Assembly (NCBI GenBank): GCA_043744615.1 | Contig: JAYTUJ010000030.1 | Coordinates: forward strand, 1,329 to 65,328 | Direction: 5' to 3' | DNA length: 64,000 nt | Source of the DNA: a bacterium | GTDB taxonomy: Bacteria > Patescibacteriota > Minisyncoccia > Phycocordibacterales > CAIRYW01 | Part shown: positions 1 to 9,906 of the stretch, in pieces | Layout of the letters: each line of letters opens with the position of its first letter | Numbering within the stretch: the first letter of the stretch is position 1 | The notes under the pieces: generated by a model | Told to the model about the DNA's origin: nothing | What the model saw: only the letters and a program-made list of their open reading frames with translations | Databases searched by the model: none | Program-made: the position numbers and the translations under genes

Positions 1-378
1 CGCTAACTTTTTTAGATTTTCTTTTTCAGTTTCTGCTGCAATCATCAATATCATAAAACCGAAATCAAGAGACCATAATGGAAAAGCAGAAATAAAAGGA
101 ATTGCTTTTCCAATCATTATTCCAATACCTACAAGGAGTAATTTAATAATTATCTTTCCTTTAAATAGTTTTTTTCTATTTAAAAATGAGACACCTGTGT
201 ATAAAGTACTCATTCCTAGATCAATAAGCCAGTCCATAATTTCACCTATTCCAATTAAATCTAAAATTGGTGAAAGTATGAGTTGAACAAGATCAACACA
301 GCAGATAAAAATCATAAATATCATCCAAATTGGATGTTCCCCAATAAATTTTAAGATTTTTGCAAAAGCATCTAACAT
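1..378 (-). CDS. Partial integral membrane protein (runs off the window start), downstream of the VirB4-like ATPase
   Basis: Not in the ORF track. Translated by hand from ATG at 378: MLDAFAKILKFIGEHPIWMIFMIFICCVDLVQLILSPILDLIGIGEIMDWLIDLG...IPFISAFPLWSLD. Open to position 1 with several hydrophobic segments; starts just after the virB4 stop. Confidence 0.7.
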   Translation of the reverse strand, partial: MLDAFAKILKFIGEHPIWMIFMIFICCVDLVQLILSPILDLIGIGEIMDWLIDLGMSTLYTGVSFLNRKKLFKGKIIIKLLLVGIGIMIGKAIPFISAFPLWSLDFGFMILMIAAETEKENLKKLA

Positions 379-379
379 A

Positions 380-2203
380 TTACATACTTTCTAACTCCTT
401 TTTTGCTTTTTGAATCGCTAATACTTGTGAAGGGTCTGAGGTAATAATTTGATCTTCGGTGTATGAAGCAATAACTTTGAGGGCTACGTGTTTTGATCCC
501 GCAAAAAAGATACCTTCCCCTACTCCTGATTCGAGTAATAAGAATTTTTCTTCATCGGTGAGGTTAAATGTTTTTTGTACAGCATCAATTGATGACGGAG
601 ACTGTTTAAGTAAAATTTGAATTGATGAGTTGGTAATAATCGGTACACCGTATGGTGAACTCATAAAGTCTTCAACGTCTTGGGTGATTGTTGCTAAACC
701 AAGATAATATTTTCGACATCGTTTTGCTAAACCAAGCAAAAACGAAGCGGTGTCTTCTGATTTCATCATCCACCAAGCCTCGTCGATAACAAGTAATCGC
801 TTGCGAAGTTTTTCTCGGATTGCATTCCAGATGTAATGCATAACAATATACATCGCCACAGGTTTGAGTTCGTCTTCCATGTCTCGTACTGAAAACACAA
901 TGAATTTTGCATTAATGTTTACGTTTGTTGGTTTGTTAATAAACCCTGCCCACGTACCTTTTGTATACTTTGTCATTTTTTGTGACAATGATTCAGCTCC
1001 TTCCATTCCAGAAAGAACCATTTCAAAGTCAGATAATAATGGTGGTTCTACGTTTGAAAAATCAGAGTCGGGAGTAATATCTTTAAGTGCGTATGTTTCA
1101 CTAATTGCTCGGTCGATGATTGCATCTTCTTCGGGAGAAAGCCCTCCAAGCATAAGTCGAAACAAGCCAACAAGATTAATAATGTTTGAACGTAATACAT
1201 CTGAAGCAGATTCGTCTTCACGAGCTTTTGGTAGATCAAACGGGTTAATGTGGTGTTCAGACGTTAAAGAAATATTAAAGTATCGCCCCCCTGTTGCTTC
1301 AGCCATGTATTCATATTCTCGTTCGGGGTCGATTACAATTACATCAGTTTCAAACATGAGTGTTCGAAGAATTTCGAGCTTTGTCATATATGATTTTCCA
1401 GAACCTGCTTTAGCAAATGTTACTGAGTTGTAGTTTTCAAGTGAAAATCGATCAAACAAAATCAAACTTGAGTTGTGTCGGTTGATTCCATACAAAATTC
1501 CTTTGTCTGAAGTAAGGTCAAACGATACGAATGGAAACAAACTTGAAAGCGGCGAAGAGTTTAGTTTTGAGTGTACTAAAAGTTCATCGTTTCCTAATGG
1601 AATAATACTTCTGAATGCCTGTTCTTGTTGAAACAGTGCAGGTTTTACATACACTAATTTTGCTTCAAGAATTGATTTAATTTCAGATTCTATTTTATCA
1701 AGCTCTGCATCGTTTTCACCGTAAATAGAAATGTATAAACCAACATCAAATATTTTTTCTTGAGCTTGTTGTAAGTTGTCTCGTAAACTTTCGAGATCTT
1801 GATATGCAGTATCGAGCATCGGGTCTCGTACCATACCTTTACTTTCTCGGTCGGCAATTTGGCTTTGTACCTCGGCAACCTTTTTTTGAAACGTTCGTAA
1901 AATATCAGACGTATCAATTGGATGGATAAAAATCGAAACATCAAAAACTTTGTCGAGGTTAATAATCGGGGAGAACCAGTTTTCAGAAAGGAAACGAGGA
2001 TATGAGATAACAAAAAATGATCGCACAATTTTGTCGCCAAGATTCAGTGATCGAGGAGTAACTTTTAATGCTGATGGAGCAATGATATCGCGGAGCTCTA
2101 AGTTTGCAGCACTATAAATTTCTTGTGGCAAAATAGAAGTAACCCCTTGCTGTGGTGCAGTGTTTTTGTTTCCTCCTCCAAATAATGTATTAAATATTCC
2201 CAT
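380..2203 (-). CDS. virB4: VirB4/TraC-like type IV secretion ATPase
   Basis: Walker A-like AKAGSGKS, VIVIDPEREY, INPFD, Walker B LLVIDEAW, RKY...ITQ motifs. Likely start MGIFN at 2203. Confidence 0.85.
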   Translation of the reverse strand: MGIFNTLFGGGNKNTAPQQGVTSILPQEIYSAANLELRDIIAPSALKVTPRSLNLGDKIVRSFFVISYPRFLSENWFSPIINLDKVFDVSIFIHPIDTSDILRTFQKKVAEVQSQIADRESKGMVRDPMLDTAYQDLESLRDNLQQAQEKIFDVGLYISIYGENDAELDKIESEIKSILEAKLVYVKPALFQQEQAFRSIIPLGNDELLVHSKLNSSPLSSLFPFVSFDLTSDKGILYGINRHNSSLILFDRFSLENYNSVTFAKAGSGKSYMTKLEILRTLMFETDVIVIDPEREYEYMAEATGGRYFNISLTSEHHINPFDLPKAREDESASDVLRSNIINLVGLFRLMLGGLSPEEDAIIDRAISETYALKDITPDSDFSNVEPPLLSDFEMVLSGMEGAESLSQKMTKYTKGTWAGFINKPTNVNINAKFIVFSVRDMEDELKPVAMYIVMHYIWNAIREKLRKRLLVIDEAWWMMKSEDTASFLLGLAKRCRKYYLGLATITQDVEDFMSSPYGVPIITNSSIQILLKQSPSSIDAVQKTFNLTDEEKFLLLESGVGEGIFFAGSKHVALKVIASYTEDQIITSDPSQVLAIQKAKKELESM

Positions 2204-2204
2204 A

Positions 2205-2846
2205 TTATTTTGCAAAGTTACCCATAATGTTTGCTGGCTTATCGATTTCACCCGGATTAAATAATTTATAGAAAAGTTCTACAAGTTCTTCGGTTCCAAG
2301 CGATACTGTTTTTATTCCCGCACTTGAAAGCCCTTGTTCTACAACGGCAACTCGTTGTTCAAGTTGGCTTCGATGTTCTTCAAATGTTTGGTTTTCTGTA
2401 ATTTTATTTTTTTTACCAATACCAAGCATGCTCCCTATTCCTTTTGATGTATCAAGTGTTGGTGGGCTATATGGTACAACAACAAAAAAAGTTTTTGTCA
2501 TAATGTTTACACTTTCGGTAAATGCTCGGATGAATTCAATATATTCTTTTGTTTGAATTCGCATTAAGTCTGTTGGTTGTGCTTTATAACGATCTTCAAG
2601 TAAAAGTAAATATGGTTTTATATCAAGTCGTCGTGACTGCATAAAAATTTGAACAGAAAAGTTAAGAGAGTTTAAAAAGTTTTGAAATTGCAAAATAATT
2701 GCTGTTTGCTCGTCACCACTTTTGAGTGCAAAGTTAAGTGACGAGGTCATTACAAGTCCTCGCATTGAGCCATCTTTTAAAATTAAGATGCCGTCACGGA
2801 CTTCTTTGATTGGAACGAATTCTTGTGTAGGAGCTGAGTTTGCCAT
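2205..2846 (-). CDS. T4SS-associated protein (PrgI/TrsD-like cytoplasmic partner of VirB4)
   Basis: IKEVRDGILILKDGS...SLNFALKS.DEQ..I...FQNFLNSL pattern; lies between prgI and virB4 with 1-12 bp spacing. Confidence 0.65.
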   Translation of the reverse strand: MANSAPTQEFVPIKEVRDGILILKDGSMRGLVMTSSLNFALKSGDEQTAIILQFQNFLNSLNFSVQIFMQSRRLDIKPYLLLLEDRYKAQPTDLMRIQTKEYIEFIRAFTESVNIMTKTFFVVVPYSPPTLDTSKGIGSMLGIGKKNKITENQTFEEHRSQLEQRVAVVEQGLSSAGIKTVSLGTEELVELFYKLFNPGEIDKPANIMGNFAK

Positions 2847-2858
2847 GTATGTATTGTA

Positions 2859-3338
2859 CTAGATTGTAAACGAGTCTGAAACATGGTCTTCCTCACCCTG
2901 TCTAAAACTTTTTCGAGTATTATTACGACTGCTTATTGATTCATTAATATCTAAACTCCACGTAAGGTCGCGTAATTTTGAATCATTTAATTTAGGAACA
3001 AACACTGGTTGTTCATTTGAATTAACAGCACCCATTTGGGTTTGGCTGTTAGTTATTTGCTTTTTCTCCCAGACATATAATTTTTTCCCAAGTGCGTATT
3101 TGATGATGTCATCAACACTTTCTAAAAAAGGTTTTTTGGGATTAACTCGATAAAAAGCAAGTGCTCCTGAAAAAGCACCAACAGGTAACATTAAAATTAG
3201 TGCAACTGGTAATGGTAAAAATTTATAGAGGGTATAACAGATTCCCCCGCCACCGACAATATAAATAAATTGTTTGAGTGTAAATGGCCCAAATATTTTA
3301 TCTTCGATTTCAATAAATTGAGGAACTTGATATCGCAT
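2859..3338 (-). CDS. prgI: PrgI family protein (VirB3-like)
   Basis: N-terminal YQVPQFIEIEDKIFGPFTLKQF signature followed by two TM helices. Confidence 0.85.
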   Translation of the reverse strand: MRYQVPQFIEIEDKIFGPFTLKQFIYIVGGGGICYTLYKFLPLPVALILMLPVGAFSGALAFYRVNPKKPFLESVDDIIKYALGKKLYVWEKKQITNSQTQMGAVNSNEQPVFVPKLNDSKLRDLTWSLDINESISSRNNTRKSFRQGEEDHVSDSFTI

Positions 3339-3375
3339 GCGTGCTTTTATTTTAGCACATTTTTTGCCGATTAAT

Positions 3376-4161
3376 TTAGTTTATCGGTTCTCGGTACGGG
3401 TCACTGTGTTTAGCGGGCTCCGCAGAAAATTTATTTGCTTTTAAATTTTCTGCTACTACGTTTGAAGTTGGATTGTTTATCGAAACTCCAGAGACAACAG
3501 ATTTTTTTGTTTTATCAGCAAGAAAATCTTTCGTAAAACCAATTGGGGCCATTGATGTGGGCGATGCGATTGATGTTGTCGGTGCAGGCATACTCGATTG
3601 TGCTGGTTCCGTTTCGGTAAATTCTATCACTGGGATTGGTTTTGCAATGGCTGGTTTTATAAGATTAACACTTGAAGCAACCGCAGCAGAAAAAGTTGGT
3701 ACGTTTTTAATCACCGCACCTGTTTTGAAGGGTTGTTCTATTTCTTTGAGTACATCGTTTCTTGTTAGGTCACTATGATCTTCTTCTGCGTGAGGGTCGT
3801 ACTCAGAAACATCATATGCATTTTTTGTCTTTTCACCTTTTTCACCATACAAATCAATCATTTTTTGCTTGATCGGTTTGAATATTTTTTCATCAATGTC
3901 GTGAACAATTTGATCAGCAATATTTTTTTCAATCCCAATTTCTTTGCAAATCATATGTGAGAATTCATTTCCAGGAATGAAACCCATCATCACGTCGATA
4001 GTCATATTAATTAACTGACCTTCTGAATCGATGTGGAGTTTGTGGGCTGTGCCTATTTCATGAATCTTTTCCCAATTTTCATCCGTACTAATTACATCCT
4101 GCACTTCTTGCGGAAGTTTGTTAAAAGTAGCTCTATATTTTTTTCCTGTTATAAATTGCAT
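3376..4161 (-). CDS. Hypothetical cytoplasmic protein in the T4SS-like cluster
   Basis: 261 aa; helical N-terminal domain (FNKLPQEVQDVI), low-complexity P/S/T linker, C-terminal DPYREPIN. Confidence 0.6.
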   Translation of the reverse strand: MQFITGKKYRATFNKLPQEVQDVISTDENWEKIHEIGTAHKLHIDSEGQLINMTIDVMMGFIPGNEFSHMICKEIGIEKNIADQIVHDIDEKIFKPIKQKMIDLYGEKGEKTKNAYDVSEYDPHAEEDHSDLTRNDVLKEIEQPFKTGAVIKNVPTFSAAVASSVNLIKPAIAKPIPVIEFTETEPAQSSMPAPTTSIASPTSMAPIGFTKDFLADKTKKSVVSGVSINNPTSNVVAENLKANKFSAEPAKHSDPYREPIN

Positions 4162-4171
4162 ATTAATTATG

Positions 4172-7100
4172 TTAAGGAGTTATTATTGATGATTTTGAAC
4201 TTTCTGAAGCAGCTTTAATTTTTTCACGAGCAGTAGTTGTTAATTTATCAGCAGAATGTCCGCTCAATCCAATAAACCTACCGTCTCCGTTGTCTGCAAA
4301 TTTTTCAGCCTTTGAATAATGAACAGATTCTTTGTTAATTGTATCTTTTAGATTATCTATTTCACCTTTGATAAATCCTTTTTCCACATCAGTTTTTGTA
4401 CCCTTTGTACTCTCTAACTCGTCCTCTTTTTTAATTAAGAGTGTTACATTTTTGTCCAAAGATTCTTTTTGATTTTTTAATTTTTCTTTAAAAAGATTTG
4501 CAACAGTATCAAAATCATCTTCTTGCAGTTTTTTAGAACTGATTAAACTTTTTAATAATTCAGGAGTCATACGATCTTGAAAAGCAGCACCATGATTTTT
4601 AATAAGATCGGAAAGAGTTTCTTTGTTTAGTCCGCCCAACTGAGCATCGTTTAATGTAGTTAATTGAGTTTTAACAGCACTAGATTTTTCTGCAGGAGTG
4701 GTTGTCGTTGAGTCTAGAATATGCTGTGTTTCGGTTTGATGGTACGATAAATGACCTTCTTTTGCACGGTTTCTTTCTTGGGTTACTGCGTCCGAAGTTT
4801 TAAAATATTGAGTTTCTTTCCCTGTAATAGGATCTTTCGGTTTTGCCATTGCTGTAAGTGAGCCCTTTTTCTCAAAATAATTGTCTTGAACAGCTTGTTC
4901 TTTTGGTGAAAGGCCTTCATATATTCTTTTTGCTCGGTCGTACGAGGTAGGATCTTTTTTATCCTCAGCAAGTTTCTTTAAGTGCGAAGCAAGTTTTTCG
5001 GGTTTATTTCTAACTTCTCTTGCATACGCATCATCATTTTTCTCAAGCATTTCAGTTTTTGCTTTTAGACTTTGAACAAAAGGTAAGCCTCCTGTTGAGT
5101 TTCCGTGTGAGTCAACCCCAGCCTTGCCCCCCAGACTAAATTCTGTAGCAGCATGAGTCAGAGCGATTTGTTTTCTTGCCCACTTACCTCGCCAAGTATC
5201 CTGAGTCGCCTGTCTTTTTAGTTCCTCCCCCTCTTCACTATTTTCAAGTCTGTGTTCTGCATTATGAGCAAACTGATTCCATTTTTTTTGTGGATATGCT
5301 AATACAGCACCTTTTGCAAAATTAGTCCCTTTACTTCGCATTTTTGCAAATAATGCAGCAGAATTTTCAGCACCGCTTATTCCAAGACGTTTACTGATAG
5401 TCACTGAAAATATAAGCATGGTAATGAGAATTATAAAGTTCAAGACCACACCCAACGCACTTGTTTTTGGTGTATCGCTAAAGGCAGAAGAAAAAGCGGT
5501 AAGTCCTAAACCGTCTTTAAAAGTAGGATCATTAGCTATCCGCAACACTACCCAGATCATGATCAAAAATGCAGGGGCATAAATAGCATTATTAATTAAA
5601 GACTTTTTCCATTCATTACTCATTTCTTCTCCACCCGGAAGTATTGGTGCGACAAACGCAAGTGGAGACAGTATTAAAAGACCAATAAAAGTTACAAATC
5701 TTCCGATAAAAGTAAGGGTTACCGCAAGCATGACAATTGTAAAAAAGAATGCAAATATAATACCCATTGCAAAAAGTAAAAATGGATGTTCGCTTCGAGC
5801 AAAATTACGCCCCGGATCAGCGTCTACTGCATTAGGTGTTTTACCATCAGCATAAAAAGATTGTATACGAACTATCGATAATAGAGCCGTCCCTAGTTTA
5901 CTTTGTGTAATATTTGCTTTTGTATCACCATCTTGAAATGTTATATGACTATAAAATTCAGTTGCAACAATGTTTGATGCATCAATAATTGCTTTGGTAA
6001 AAAATAGACTAAAGTTTATTAACAGCGCTGCAATAATTAGCTTGCTGATTAACTGTTTTACGTTGTATGTATGTAGTTGAAGAATGGTTCCGATTGATGC
6101 ATAAATAAGTGCAAAGATAAAAAAAATGTTTGAGAGATCTCTAAAAGTTTTCCATGCGTCATTAATGACGGTCATGCGTTTTATCTGATCACTCATATTT
6201 AAAACCGTTTTGTCAAAAACTAAATCAAATAGACTTGCTATCCAACCAGCAAGCCACATAAATGCAAACATTATGTAGTAGAGTCCTTGAGTAACACAGT
6301 TAATTAAATGGAAATTCAAAGGATTAAGACTACAAGTACCATCGTCACCAACAGTTCTTCCATTCTGGATTTTAGACAAATCTTTAGGATTTAGTGTTGT
6401 ATTCGCTAATTCCTTATTAGCAGAAGCTTCTTGATTGCGTGTATTTGTTGCAATACCTAATAGCTTTGCAAGTTGAGGTTGATTGTTTATACTACCATCC
6501 CCTCTTTTTTCTGCGGGATTAGTAAAATAAGCACTATTACTATCGTTTTTCCATATCCAGGTTGTTCCATAGTTTGACATGTTTCCATCGCTATACACTG
6601 TTCGTAGATCGTATGCTCCACAGCCATGTTCTTCAGCAGGATTAAATCGAACAAGCCATACTCCTGTTACAAAATCGTCCGCAGAATTTGGTTTTTGATC
6701 GGTTCCTGGGTTATATCGAATTATGTAAGTTTCACTTTTTGTACTATTTTGCAGAGGAACACTTATAAAGTATTCTGCTCTACCGTTTACTAAGGTAGCT
6801 GTGTTCAACTCTATTTTTGTATTTACTTGTTTTGTTGTAGCGTTTAAATCTTTTACATTCCAAAAAATTTGTCCATCAACTGCAGTCCCTCCTCCTGCTC
6901 CTACAAAACTACTTTCACTCTGGTTTTCTTGAGATATAGATATTCTTTTCGCCGCATCTAAATTTACAGAGGTCTGACCGTTTGTCCCATCAGAATATCC
7001 TTTATTACCATAAGTTGCGGTACATTGTTGAGGTGTGTAAAGAGTGTGGTATTGAGGGTCGTTATCATTTGCAATTATTGAAGCTTTAGTATAATCCGCA

Positions 7101-7189
7101 ACAAAAAACTGCCCCACAAACAGCACAGACAAAAAAATCGCTGAAAGCAGTTTGTGTTTTTTTGTTTTTTTGTTGCGTGGTGTGAACAT
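4172..7189 (-). CDS. Large polytopic membrane protein, VirB6/TrbL-like
   Basis: Signal peptide, extracellular N-terminal domain, core W.TFRDLSNIFFIF...KLIIAALLINFSLFFTKAIIDASN and LLILSPLAF with many TMs, charged coiled-coil C-terminal tail. Confidence 0.7.
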   Translation of the reverse strand: MFTPRNKKTKKHKLLSAIFLSVLFVGQFFVADYTKASIIANDNDPQYHTLYTPQQCTATYGNKGYSDGTNGQTSVNLDAAKRISISQENQSESSFVGAGGGTAVDGQIFWNVKDLNATTKQVNTKIELNTATLVNGRAEYFISVPLQNSTKSETYIIRYNPGTDQKPNSADDFVTGVWLVRFNPAEEHGCGAYDLRTVYSDGNMSNYGTTWIWKNDSNSAYFTNPAEKRGDGSINNQPQLAKLLGIATNTRNQEASANKELANTTLNPKDLSKIQNGRTVGDDGTCSLNPLNFHLINCVTQGLYYIMFAFMWLAGWIASLFDLVFDKTVLNMSDQIKRMTVINDAWKTFRDLSNIFFIFALIYASIGTILQLHTYNVKQLISKLIIAALLINFSLFFTKAIIDASNIVATEFYSHITFQDGDTKANITQSKLGTALLSIVRIQSFYADGKTPNAVDADPGRNFARSEHPFLLFAMGIIFAFFFTIVMLAVTLTFIGRFVTFIGLLILSPLAFVAPILPGGEEMSNEWKKSLINNAIYAPAFLIMIWVVLRIANDPTFKDGLGLTAFSSAFSDTPKTSALGVVLNFIILITMLIFSVTISKRLGISGAENSAALFAKMRSKGTNFAKGAVLAYPQKKWNQFAHNAEHRLENSEEGEELKRQATQDTWRGKWARKQIALTHAATEFSLGGKAGVDSHGNSTGGLPFVQSLKAKTEMLEKNDDAYAREVRNKPEKLASHLKKLAEDKKDPTSYDRAKRIYEGLSPKEQAVQDNYFEKKGSLTAMAKPKDPITGKETQYFKTSDAVTQERNRAKEGHLSYHQTETQHILDSTTTTPAEKSSAVKTQLTTLNDAQLGGLNKETLSDLIKNHGAAFQDRMTPELLKSLISSKKLQEDDFDTVANLFKEKLKNQKESLDKNVTLLIKKEDELESTKGTKTDVEKGFIKGEIDNLKDTINKESVHYSKAEKFADNGDGRFIGLSGHSADKLTTTAREKIKAASESSKSSIITP

Positions 7190-7226
7190 CTTTAATCTTT
7201 GTTTTTAATCTCCACTACTCTTTTAT

Positions 7227-8858
7227 TTACCGTGTTCCTCTTTGACGGGTTGTTGTGGCTCCTCGGTTTCGTGTTGTTGTGCTGTTTGTATTACCACTTG
7301 TGCCATCATTACTATTTGCGTAATTTTGAGTACTACCACTACTGTCATTATTTAAAACTTTGTTAAGCGCAAGTTTTACAAGTTCGTTAACAAGAGCACT
7401 TACGACTTGGTCAAATTGATTTGCTAACACTAGGCGATTTTCACCAAGGTTTAATCGATTTTCAACTTTTCCTTGGATAAGTTTACCAGGAGTTGTTACT
7501 TTACAAGGTTCTGTTGCTTTGCCGTTTACAATCGGTCCCTCACATTCTTTAAAGTCCATAAAACCGTTACCAATTTGACGTTCTGTTTGTGCAGAATTAT
7601 TTTGTTTTGCAATTCGTGCTTGCATTTCTTCTTGGGCCTGGTACTTTGCACCATAGTAGTTGTTATTTGGTTGAATTGTTTGAAAGAATCCGTCCATTCC
7701 CCCTTTGCTAAAGTCACCATTTGTAAATTGTTGGTAGTTTTGAGTATTTTGCATGTATGGGCTTAGTGTACAGCCTGACCGTTGTGAATATCCCGAGTTA
7801 TAGTTTACTTTATTTTGTTGATATTGCTGACCTAGGTTATTTTGATTATTTGTGCTTGTTCCTGTATGTACGTTTCCACCACCACCAGTCATACTGCTAC
7901 CGGTCATGTTATTGCTGTAACTATTTAAAAGTCCAAGTTGTACGTCGGTTCTGAAGGGTTGGCAGACCGTATTGCCTTGCCCGATTTCTTGTATAAAAGC
8001 TCCTGCGTTTCGGTCGGCAAGGTTTTGAAAATATTTATCAGGGTTTTCTAAAAAGGCTGGGTTACCATTAAATCCTGATTTAACCCATTCAATTGTGCTT
8101 TGTGCAATATATGTAATCAGGGCGTTTACGATACAGTACCCTACTGAGTCCCAACTGATTCCTGTTGGAATACCGAATACAACAAGACCCGTTTCTTTTG
8201 CATTCAGTGATTTTGGAGCAACAGGAACTTGAGGGTCGGTTTCACTACTAAATAATGAACCGATAAGGTTTCCCGCAATAGTCAAAGCTGCTCGCGCAAC
8301 TGCTTGTCCTAAAATTCCACCAATACATGCACCCGCGGCACCAACACCCGCGGTCTTTGCTGACCGTTGTTGAGTCGTACTCCCATTACCTGTTTGTGCT
8401 AATGAGTTCGCACGTTGATTTACTTGCGCAGCATTTGCTTTTTGAGCTGCCGCCTGTGCCTGGGTGTTTTTAGCATCGGCAGCTTTTTGTTGTGCAGTTT
8501 TTGTTTGATTTGAAGAGTTTTTATTTATGTTATAGTCGTCGGGATTTAATGTTTGTTTAGAAGAAGTTTTTATTAAATTTCCATTTGCATCGTAGGTATA
8601 ATCTGGATTTTGTTGAGAATTAACCTGTTCTTGTTGGTTTGTGTTTCCAAAAGTGTACCCTCCTTCGTTATTTGGATCTTGTGCACTTCCTGCATCAGCA
8701 CCAGCCTGTTGCTGCTGAGCCTCATCACCACTTGTATCTAAAATTATAGCCGCAAAAGTTTGTAATGGAAATGCAAAAAATACTTGAGAAAGCACCATCA
8801 CTAAAAAAAGAAGACTTGATGTTGTTTTTAGTGTGTGTGAATAAAATGTTTTCTTCAT
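7227..8858 (-). CDS. Secreted/membrane protein of unknown function (Q/N-rich, Cys-containing)
   Basis: Signal peptide, Q/N/A-rich region, WVKSGFNGNPAF and GNGF...C...C.VTTPG segments; co-oriented with the VirB6-like gene. Confidence 0.6.
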   Translation of the reverse strand: MKKTFYSHTLKTTSSLLFLVMVLSQVFFAFPLQTFAAIILDTSGDEAQQQQAGADAGSAQDPNNEGGYTFGNTNQQEQVNSQQNPDYTYDANGNLIKTSSKQTLNPDDYNINKNSSNQTKTAQQKAADAKNTQAQAAAQKANAAQVNQRANSLAQTGNGSTTQQRSAKTAGVGAAGACIGGILGQAVARAALTIAGNLIGSLFSSETDPQVPVAPKSLNAKETGLVVFGIPTGISWDSVGYCIVNALITYIAQSTIEWVKSGFNGNPAFLENPDKYFQNLADRNAGAFIQEIGQGNTVCQPFRTDVQLGLLNSYSNNMTGSSMTGGGGNVHTGTSTNNQNNLGQQYQQNKVNYNSGYSQRSGCTLSPYMQNTQNYQQFTNGDFSKGGMDGFFQTIQPNNNYYGAKYQAQEEMQARIAKQNNSAQTERQIGNGFMDFKECEGPIVNGKATEPCKVTTPGKLIQGKVENRLNLGENRLVLANQFDQVVSALVNELVKLALNKVLNNDSSGSTQNYANSNDGTSGNTNSTTTRNRGATTTRQRGTR

Positions 8859-8865
8859 ATAAAAT

Positions 8866-9864
8866 TTATTGTAGGGTTTTTAGATTTTCCCATGCAAAAC
8901 CTTGTTCGTTTTCATCAAAAATTATACCATTTTTTTGAAAATAAGTTGCGATACTTTTAAACAGGTCAAGTTGGTGGGCTTCAAGTGCCTGATATGTTTT
9001 TATTCCAAGCAAACCTTTTAACGGATCTTCTTGATACGAAGCAATATTTTTTAATGATTCATATTGTGCATTATATGTATTTAATATTTCCACATGTGTT
9101 GTTGCAAAAACTTTTGGCACAGAGATAAGTGAAAGTTTTTCGGCAACATTTTTGTAAACAATAATTTCTGTATTTGAAAGTAGTTTTGATTGATCTCGAG
9201 AAGCAAACTTCGCAAGTTCTTTTTTGGTGACTTCAATTATTTCGTTTCCATATTGTTTTAATTCATCATTATTTTTTGGTGTAAATGTATGAATACTTGT
9301 GATTGAATATATTGGCTCAGTTGACGGAACATCAATTTTTCCGAGTACATTTGAAACAATTTGTTCTCGGCCAACATCGGAAACCTCACCATTTTGTTGG
9401 TTTGACATGTACTGAGTAAATAATTCTTGAGAAAGTTTGTCAGACAAAGTAGTTTTTAAGGTTGTCGTTGAGCCATCTAATGTGCTTGATGCAAAAGATA
9501 CTGAAGTTGTCATTGAATCATTGGGGCCAGCAATTCGTGGATCACGACTCATCGATATTTCGGCTCCATCAGTTGTTCCATCACCATCAGTATCTGCATT
9601 TTTTGGATCTGTTCCCCACACACTTTCTTCCCAATCTTTTATTCCATCACCATCAGTGTCGATATTGGATGCTGTATAAAATGCAGTAGAGGTACTAAAG
9701 TCCAAAACATTTTGTTCGTTATTTTTTGATGTTCGAGAAAAATCAATATTTGATATTTTTGAAAAACCAGCAATCGTTAAAATAATAATTGCAAAAATAG
9801 AAGCGATGAGTATACGAGAAGGTACTTGAGAAATTTTTGTGTAGATACGATTAAAGAAATTCAT
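8866..9864 (-). CDS. Membrane-anchored protein with thrombospondin type 3-like Ca-binding repeats
   Basis: N-terminal TM; DTDGDGIKDWEE...GTDP.NADTDGDG.TDGAE motifs. Likely start MNFFN at 9864. Confidence 0.7.
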   Translation of the reverse strand: MNFFNRIYTKISQVPSRILIASIFAIIILTIAGFSKISNIDFSRTSKNNEQNVLDFSTSTAFYTASNIDTDGDGIKDWEESVWGTDPKNADTDGDGTTDGAEISMSRDPRIAGPNDSMTTSVSFASSTLDGSTTTLKTTLSDKLSQELFTQYMSNQQNGEVSDVGREQIVSNVLGKIDVPSTEPIYSITSIHTFTPKNNDELKQYGNEIIEVTKKELAKFASRDQSKLLSNTEIIVYKNVAEKLSLISVPKVFATTHVEILNTYNAQYESLKNIASYQEDPLKGLLGIKTYQALEAHQLDLFKSIATYFQKNGIIFDENEQGFAWENLKTLQ

Positions 9865-9906
9865 ATCTAAATTATATATCAATTTTATATATGCTACAAT
9901 TAAGTT

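Noticed and set aside
4150-4177. TTATGTTAAG resembling the XerD arm of a dif site
   Set aside because: There is no matching XerC arm at the right spacing and it overlaps gene ends. The parS cluster also suggests an origin-proximal rather than terminus region.
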